NCBI GenBank assembly: GCA_021841005.1
Contig: JAKBVZ010000036.1
Location: forward strand, 33,933 to 97,932
DNA: 64,000 bases
Origin: Actinomycetes bacterium
Lineage (GTDB): Bacteria; Actinomycetota; Acidimicrobiia; Acidimicrobiales; JAMCPL01
Direction of reading: 5' to 3'
Each line of letters begins with the position of its first letter. The stretch's first letter is position 1. Positions 59,801 through 64,000 of the stretch are shown here, piece after piece. The notes beneath the pieces were generated by a model. It searched no databases. It was not told where the DNA came from and saw only the letters and a program-made list of their open reading frames with translations. A program made the translations under genes and the position numbers.

Positions 59801-61486
59801 TTGGCCACTCCCGTTTCCAACGTCGAAGAAGCCGCCCCGCCCACCGTTGTTGACCACGAGCTCGAATCCCGTGGAACTGACATCGGTATGGGCATTGGCG
59901 ACTATCCTAGCATTTCCGCAACATGGATTGGATGTATTGGTAGGCCAGGAATTGACCTTGAACCACGCCTCCACTGTCAGCTGATTCGGCGTAAAGTTCT
60001 TGAGAGATGTAGTGACCTCACCGTTGCCGTTCAGCTGCATGGCGGTCTCCGCCGGGTTGCACAGTGCAGGTCCCGGGCTCACGCCTTCAGTAATGCTGCC
60101 ATTCAACGTGCCGTTGTAATTATTCCCCGAATAGTCCGTTGCCGTAGGCGTGGTGCCGGTCAGAGGCCAGTACGCTGTCGGACCGTAGCTGTGGACCACC
60201 TGCTCGTAGCAGTCGAGTGCAATACCTTTCAGGCTCACCTGTACATCCTGGTTGTTGGTGGCATCACTGCTAATATCAAGGGTACCGTAGTAGGTGTAGA
60301 CGCTTGTATTGTTTGGCTGGAAATCCACCGAGACCGTACAGGTCTGGCCGGGATTGATAGTCACCGGCCCTCCCGAACCCACGCAGGAGCTGCCGCTCGT
60401 AACCGCAAATGTCGACCCGTTGGGACCGCTGGTAGTGGCGCTGGATATGGTGAGCGGCCAGGTGCCTATATTTGTCACCGTTACACTCTTCGACGCGCCA
60501 GGCGACGTAAACGAGCTGTCGGTGAGGGTAAGGGAAGTGGGAGTGACCGAGATCTCCGGATGCACGTTGCGTGCAGCGCTGAGGGCACCACATCCTCCGA
60601 AGCCACCCGCCTCGGCGCCTGTACCCACACCCGAGGTGTAAAGGGGGACTACGCTTGTCTGGTTGGTGCAGACGACCACGTTCCTTGCAGCACCGGTCGG
60701 GCTGACCGCCTCATAGGTGGCAGGATTGGAGCTGTTCGGCGAGGTGGCATTCACATTTATGAAGAAGGCACATCCGTTGCTGTCATACTGTGACACGAAG
60801 GTCTCGTACCCGGCTACGCTATTGCCGGTCAGGTACACGGGCTTTCCGGAGGATCCCGGTCCCCCGTAGACAGCCACATAACCGTAGCTGGGACTGTAGT
60901 AACTGGACGGCGTGTCTATGAGAGCACTTGCGCTTACCGAGTAGTGATGATTGTGCAGCATGTAGCCGACATCCACCACCACATTGACCATTGCCGCCGG
61001 ATAGGGACTGATCGACGGGCTCGCACACGACGACGATGGCGAGGTGGAGGCGTAGGAGGGAGAAGACGCCCAGTCCAAATGATAGGAGACAGTGTAAGTG
61101 GCAGCGCCTACCCGCTCCGAGGCAGGAAGCACACCCTGCGCCTGCTGGAACACTCCGCAGGAAGTGAGAGCACCGCCGAAGGGATTGTTGCTGGGACCAG
61201 TATAGGGATTGCAGATTGCAGGCATAGGAGGGTAAAACGCGCTCAGGGCGGTACGCAGCTTGGATACCTGCCCGGACGCTATCGAGATTGCCGTGGTCCT
61301 GATGCTCGAACTCTGTGCGAGATTGATACCCGACACCAGGAAAAGCGCTGCCGGCACGAGCACCAGCATCAGAAGCACCAGCGATATGAGCACCTCTACG
61401 AGCGTCATGCCGTTCTCAGCACCCCTGGTCCTCCTGTAGGTATGCTTTCCGTACCTGCCGGTATGCCGCATACTGTGTGCCGACAT
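56804..61486 (-). CDS. Giant type IV pilin-like adhesin: prepilin motif, Ig-like (choice-of-anchor D-like) domain, two LamG domains, six C-terminal repeats
   Basis: Basic leader then G|MTLVEVLISL. VTVTNIG..PLTIS..CTVSVDF; two LamG modules (TVEAWFK, WYFYAG/WHFAVA, YxDG, QVA); six GWC(Q/E)SWDAPSTSxGxC repeats. Confidence 0.82.
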   Translation of the reverse strand: MSAHSMRHTGRYGKHTYRRTRGAENGMTLVEVLISLVLLMLVLVPAALFLVSGINLAQSSSIRTTAISIASGQVSKLRTALSAFYPPMPAICNPYTGPSNNPFGGALTSCGVFQQAQGVLPASERVGAATYTVSYHLDWASSPSYASTSPSSSCASPSISPYPAAMVNVVVDVGYMLHNHHYSVSASALIDTPSSYYSPSYGYVAVYGGPGSSGKPVYLTGNSVAGYETFVSQYDSNGCAFFINVNATSPNSSNPATYEAVSPTGAARNVVVCTNQTSVVPLYTSGVGTGAEAGGFGGCGALSAARNVHPEISVTPTSLTLTDSSFTSPGASKSVTVTNIGTWPLTISSATTSGPNGSTFAVTSGSSCVGSGGPVTINPGQTCTVSVDFQPNNTSVYTYYGTLDISSDATNNQDVQVSLKGIALDCYEQVVHSYGPTAYWPLTGTTPTATDYSGNNYNGTLNGSITEGVSPGPALCNPAETAMQLNGNGEVTTSLKNFTPNQLTVEAWFKVNSWPTNTSNPCCGNARIVANAHTDVSSTGFELVVNNGGRGGFFDVGNGSGQGKAVWSLSNPLLLKQWYFYAGVYNGSSINSYIDGQLVASNNWNGGAIAASPYPVAIGYDPAYNGDYLQGDVGQVALFSSALSQSDLQKEYAAASTPSSGIPSSARMGQASTTLAASDYCYSNYVSNILSPSFYWRLDDQNNDLPNSGNGSGPVFFNSASTSNGPVPPDTPWGNNNWANYGYGQGGLSSSGYSPVGCNPTESSLDFSALPSWAPWNSSWGIATSAQQTNPSTVTIEAWFKTNMPGGIMGFGNGPVGLTSENGKMLWVGPGGHLHFGVWNLAINNYVELSSPAPVTDLQWHFAVASLGPSGMQLYLDGALVASNSTTQGQAGYSGYWRIGELPGICWPHTYGCSSLMPFIGKISQVAVFPYQMSSAQVQTQYSMAQPAMAVPTVTWGGAAVGQLTSSGPLVTWSFVSPLGLTGWCQSWDAPSTSPGACYPTADGAGWLSTDGLSVGIHEVYLTFYGPNGQRAVVESPPVTIPTGAGTWGVDWVDVHWGGAAGQAVTAGPPGPPGPNGPLVTWSFNSPPGSDGWCQSWDAPSTSPGPCYPSADGSGWLSTNGMAPGLHTAFLTFYWPDGTSVVAKSPAVTITPGYSGPWINVHWETLWPSASGQITNPSPNNKVQWQFYLPPGSNGWCQSWDAPSTSPGPCFAINAPANSWQGGWLATNGLSPGVHHVFVTVYWPNGTRGVAESGPVTISPGYGGPWVDVHWGGAAGQTNVPGPNVTWYFWIPPGSDGWCQSWDAPSTSSGPCYGGSSGEYQAGWLSTNGMSVGQHEVYVTVYWPNGTRAIVQSPPVTITTPWVPVSWGGAAGQVVYPGPNSSSTPNAVTWSFNFPSGSSGWCQSWDAPSTSPGPCYGSSGGWLAITPSFAPGYSQYVFLTFYWPNGTRAVVQSPPVGVNLSMSPLAIGWSGAAGEKVYPGPNSLSTPNAVRWSFNFPPWSSGWCESWDAPSTSPGPCYSSDSGWLAITPSFSPGSVHQVYLTFYFPTGNYVIASPPVTVR

Positions 61487-61587
61487 GCTACTGGCACCTA
61501 CAATGCGACTGGCACCTACAATGCAACTGGCAGACCTGCTCCCACTCCATGATAATCATAGCCCTCTCTTCCACGAGTTACAGTATA

Positions 61588-61701
61588 AGCCATGCCGGAC
61601 CCGAATTGTTAGCGTAATTTCACCTGTTGTCGAGCCAGGTCCCCACCGAGTCCATCTTGAGCCATGCCGGACCCGAATTGTCAGCGTAATTTCACCTGTT
61701 G
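61588..61701. repeat. Repeat-insert-repeat unit 10 (42 + 30 + 42, period 72)
   Basis: 61588-61629 and 61660-61701 AGCCATGCCGGACCCGAATTGT(T/C)AGCGTAATTTCACCTGTTG; extends to 46 bp with one more mismatch. Confidence 0.92.
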
Positions 61702-61875
61702 CCGACAGGTGATTCCACCTGTGAAGGTGTCCCGTGCTCCGTACGTATCCAATGCGCATTTCTCCTCTAGCATTGCGGATCGGCACTACTTATACTACCT
61801 GGTATGAGGAGAACGCAGCCTGATCGCAATTGTATCCGCGCATGCCAGGTCCGACCCGCCAAAGGTCGACAGGTG

Positions 61876-62772
61876 ATGAAGAGAGTACGCGCCTTGACCA
61901 CAATTGTACCCCTGTCGCTCTTGCTCGGGCTGGCAACCAGCGCCTGCAGCGGGAGTGCTCAAAGTGCTTCTGCGGGTGCTTCTGCGGGTGCTTCTGCTAT
62001 CAACCCAGCAACCCTTGTCCAGACAACCAGCAACGCTGGGAGTGTACTGGCCAAAATGTCTGTGGAAATAGCGCCATCAGCCAATCAGGTCAAAGTAGTA
62101 GGGCAAGCAACGGGCGGTTTCAACTTCAAATCCGGAGCCGGCAGCATGAGCATGACGGGATTCGGCCTGCATTCGGGAAACGCCATACCCATATTGTTTA
62201 CCCCGAACATATTGTACATGAGAGTACCCTCGAGCTACCGTATCAGTTATCCAGGAACGATGCCGTGGCTGGTACTGTGGTACAGCGATTTAAATGCAAT
62301 CGTTACCGCTCAAGATGGGTTCGTCATCACCGCCGAGATGGTCAATCCGGACTTCCTGCTCCAAGAACTGGCCACCGGGGGGCAGGATATGCACCGGTCA
62401 CGACAGGTAGGCGTTGCCGTATCGTACAGTGGATTCATTGATCTCAATACAGTCGCCAACGCCGAGAATAGCCTGATTTCCAATGTAATCGACCAGGAAA
62501 TACGCTATATAGGTACAAACCGTATACCAGTCACTGTATGGGTGAGCAACGGCAGGATCGTCAAGCTCGTGGCGGTGCTGGTTCCATCCTCTGCAAGTGG
62601 CGCCTCTCATCTGGCACAGGGAACCACCGTTACGATGACGCTGTCGGGATATGGGAAGCAGGTCTTGGTAAACCCTCCTCCCCTGAAGGATACGAGCAAT
62701 CTCGACACCGTACTCGAGAATATCTCCGGTGGAGAGATGGGAGAACCTCCGGGTGAACCTCCGGGACAGTAG
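61876..62772 (+). CDS. Lipoprotein, possibly LppX/LprAFG-like
   Basis: Signal peptide with lipobox LATSAC, beta-rich body, IPVTVWV and TMTLSGYG...V.PP typical of this fold. Confidence 0.6.
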   Translation: MKRVRALTTIVPLSLLLGLATSACSGSAQSASAGASAGASAINPATLVQTTSNAGSVLAKMSVEIAPSANQVKVVGQATGGFNFKSGAGSMSMTGFGLHSGNAIPILFTPNILYMRVPSSYRISYPGTMPWLVLWYSDLNAIVTAQDGFVITAEMVNPDFLLQELATGGQDMHRSRQVGVAVSYSGFIDLNTVANAENSLISNVIDQEIRYIGTNRIPVTVWVSNGRIVKLVAVLVPSSASGASHLAQGTTVTMTLSGYGKQVLVNPPPLKDTSNLDTVLENISGGEMGEPPGEPPGQ

Positions 62773-62800
62773 CCAGTCTGACGATCCTGCACATACTGAT

Positions 62801-64000
62801 ATGGCACTTGACGAAACGGGCGATCCGGCGTTGCCGGAGTCCCGGATAGCAGCATCTAAACCGCCACTGCCGCCGGTAGCAAATGGAAAGATAGGGACGG
62901 CAATGGGCATGCCCAGGCAAGCAGCACGGCACGCAGTGACAACAGCCGGCAAGAATTTGCCGGAGAATGCACCAATCATGCCAGGCGTAGATCTGGCGAG
63001 CCTTCCCCTCGTAGGCAGGTTTGTAGACAGGATACTGCGCTGGAGGGCTTTCCAATTCCTCCTGATCCTGCCCAACCAGATACTCTTCTGGCTCGTCCTG
63101 ATCACCGGCTTGATAGGAGGTACGCTCCTCCCCCCGGGCCACGTGACCACGGTGGTGCATTTCGGTACCACGTCCATCTTTCCTACCGCCGGCGGATCGG
63201 CAGGCGGAGCTACACCAGGCCTGTTTGGCTCTGCCCTTGCAGATACCTGGCAGAAACTCAATTTCTCCACAGTAATCACATGGTGGATATGGTGGTCGCT
63301 TGTATGGGTGCTGATGGCAGCCGTGGGACGCGGCTGGTGCATGATCTGCCCGTTCGGAGGATTCGCAGAATGGGTTCAAAGACGATCCCTCTGGAAGCGT
63401 CGGCATCGCAACATCGGGCTGAACCTGAGATGGCCACGGCAACTGATACGTCTGGGCATACTGCCCGCAGCCGCCGCTTTTGTAATACTCACCTTCATAG
63501 AGGAATACTACAATATCTCGGCATCAGCGGATCCTTTCACCACCGGGTTGCTCGTACTTGTGATCATCGGTCTGGCACTGGCCATGCATCTCGTGTTCGA
63601 GAGGCGCACTTTCTGCACTTACCTCTGCCCCTTGACGGCAGTCTTCGCACCGCTTGGAGCAACAGGAGCCGTAGCTGGGTTCCGTGCAAGAGATCCAGCA
63701 CAATGCCTCGACTGCCCTACAAAGGACTGCATGCGGGGTGGAGAGAGAGGTTACGAGTGCCCGTGGTATGAATGGCCCGGAAGCAGCACATCCAATGCCA
63801 TGTGTGGACTGTGCAGCGAATGCTACAAGGCATGCCCCTACGGCAATGTCGGTCTCTATGCCCAGGCACCGCTCACTTCCGTCATCACTCCCGGCAGGCG
63901 CCGGGTGGATATAGCTGCTGCTGCCGTTATCGTGAGTGGCGTAATCGTATTCATGACGGTCAACGCCACCCTGACCTATACAAAAGTCGATCTGTGGCTC
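62801..64000 (+). CDS. Membrane 4Fe-4S binding protein (Fer4_5 polyferredoxin type), runs off the right edge
   Basis: Manual translation from ATG 62801: TM helices, GRGWCMICPFG, FCTYLCP and further Cys clusters (CPW..., CGLCSECYKACP). Confidence 0.8.
   Translation, partial: MALDETGDPALPESRIAASKPPLPPVANGKIGTAMGMPRQAARHAVTTAGKNLPENAPIMPGVDLASLPLVGRFVDRILRWRAFQFLLILPNQILFWLVLITGLIGGTLLPPGHVTTVVHFGTTSIFPTAGGSAGGATPGLFGSALADTWQKLNFSTVITWWIWWSLVWVLMAAVGRGWCMICPFGGFAEWVQRRSLWKRRHRNIGLNLRWPRQLIRLGILPAAAAFVILTFIEEYYNISASADPFTTGLLVLVIIGLALAMHLVFERRTFCTYLCPLTAVFAPLGATGAVAGFRARDPAQCLDCPTKDCMRGGERGYECPWYEWPGSSTSNAMCGLCSECYKACPYGNVGLYAQAPLTSVITPGRRRVDIAAAAVIVSGVIVFMTVNATLTYTKVDLWL

Noticed and set aside
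62398-63771. ORFs 62398-63342, 62630-63442 and 63280-63771
   Set aside because: Shadows of the truncated plus-strand 4Fe-4S membrane protein starting at 62801.

Overview
Chromosomal window of an actinobacterium, most likely class Acidimicrobiia (inferred from WhiB, PafB/PafC, TIGR03084, an Rv0224c/Rv0225-like pair and an aceE-type PDH). It is mostly housekeeping: dlaT-lpdA/aceE, rnhA, thiE, lgt, prs-rplY-pth, glpD, trpD and three tRNAs (Leu-TAA, Lys-TTT, Leu-GAG). It also holds a cell-envelope glycosylation cluster, a Fur-rubrerythrin-Fe-S oxidoreductase-DUF3501 operon, IS3 and IS1634 remnants, an orphan MobF relaxase behind pafBC, an archaeal-type riboflavin synthase and a 1560-aa pilin-like adhesin. 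The most striking signal is not a gene. At ten unrelated sites, a 34-46 bp piece of local sequence is directly duplicated around a unique 26-38 bp insert, always with a period of 71-73 bp. These look like single repeat-spacer-repeat units scattered through the genome, as expected from ruler-guided (Cas1-Cas2-like) ectopic integration. The responsible enzyme is not visible in this window. Short tandem-repeat expansions are also unusually frequent. All calls were made by eye; no database searches were run.
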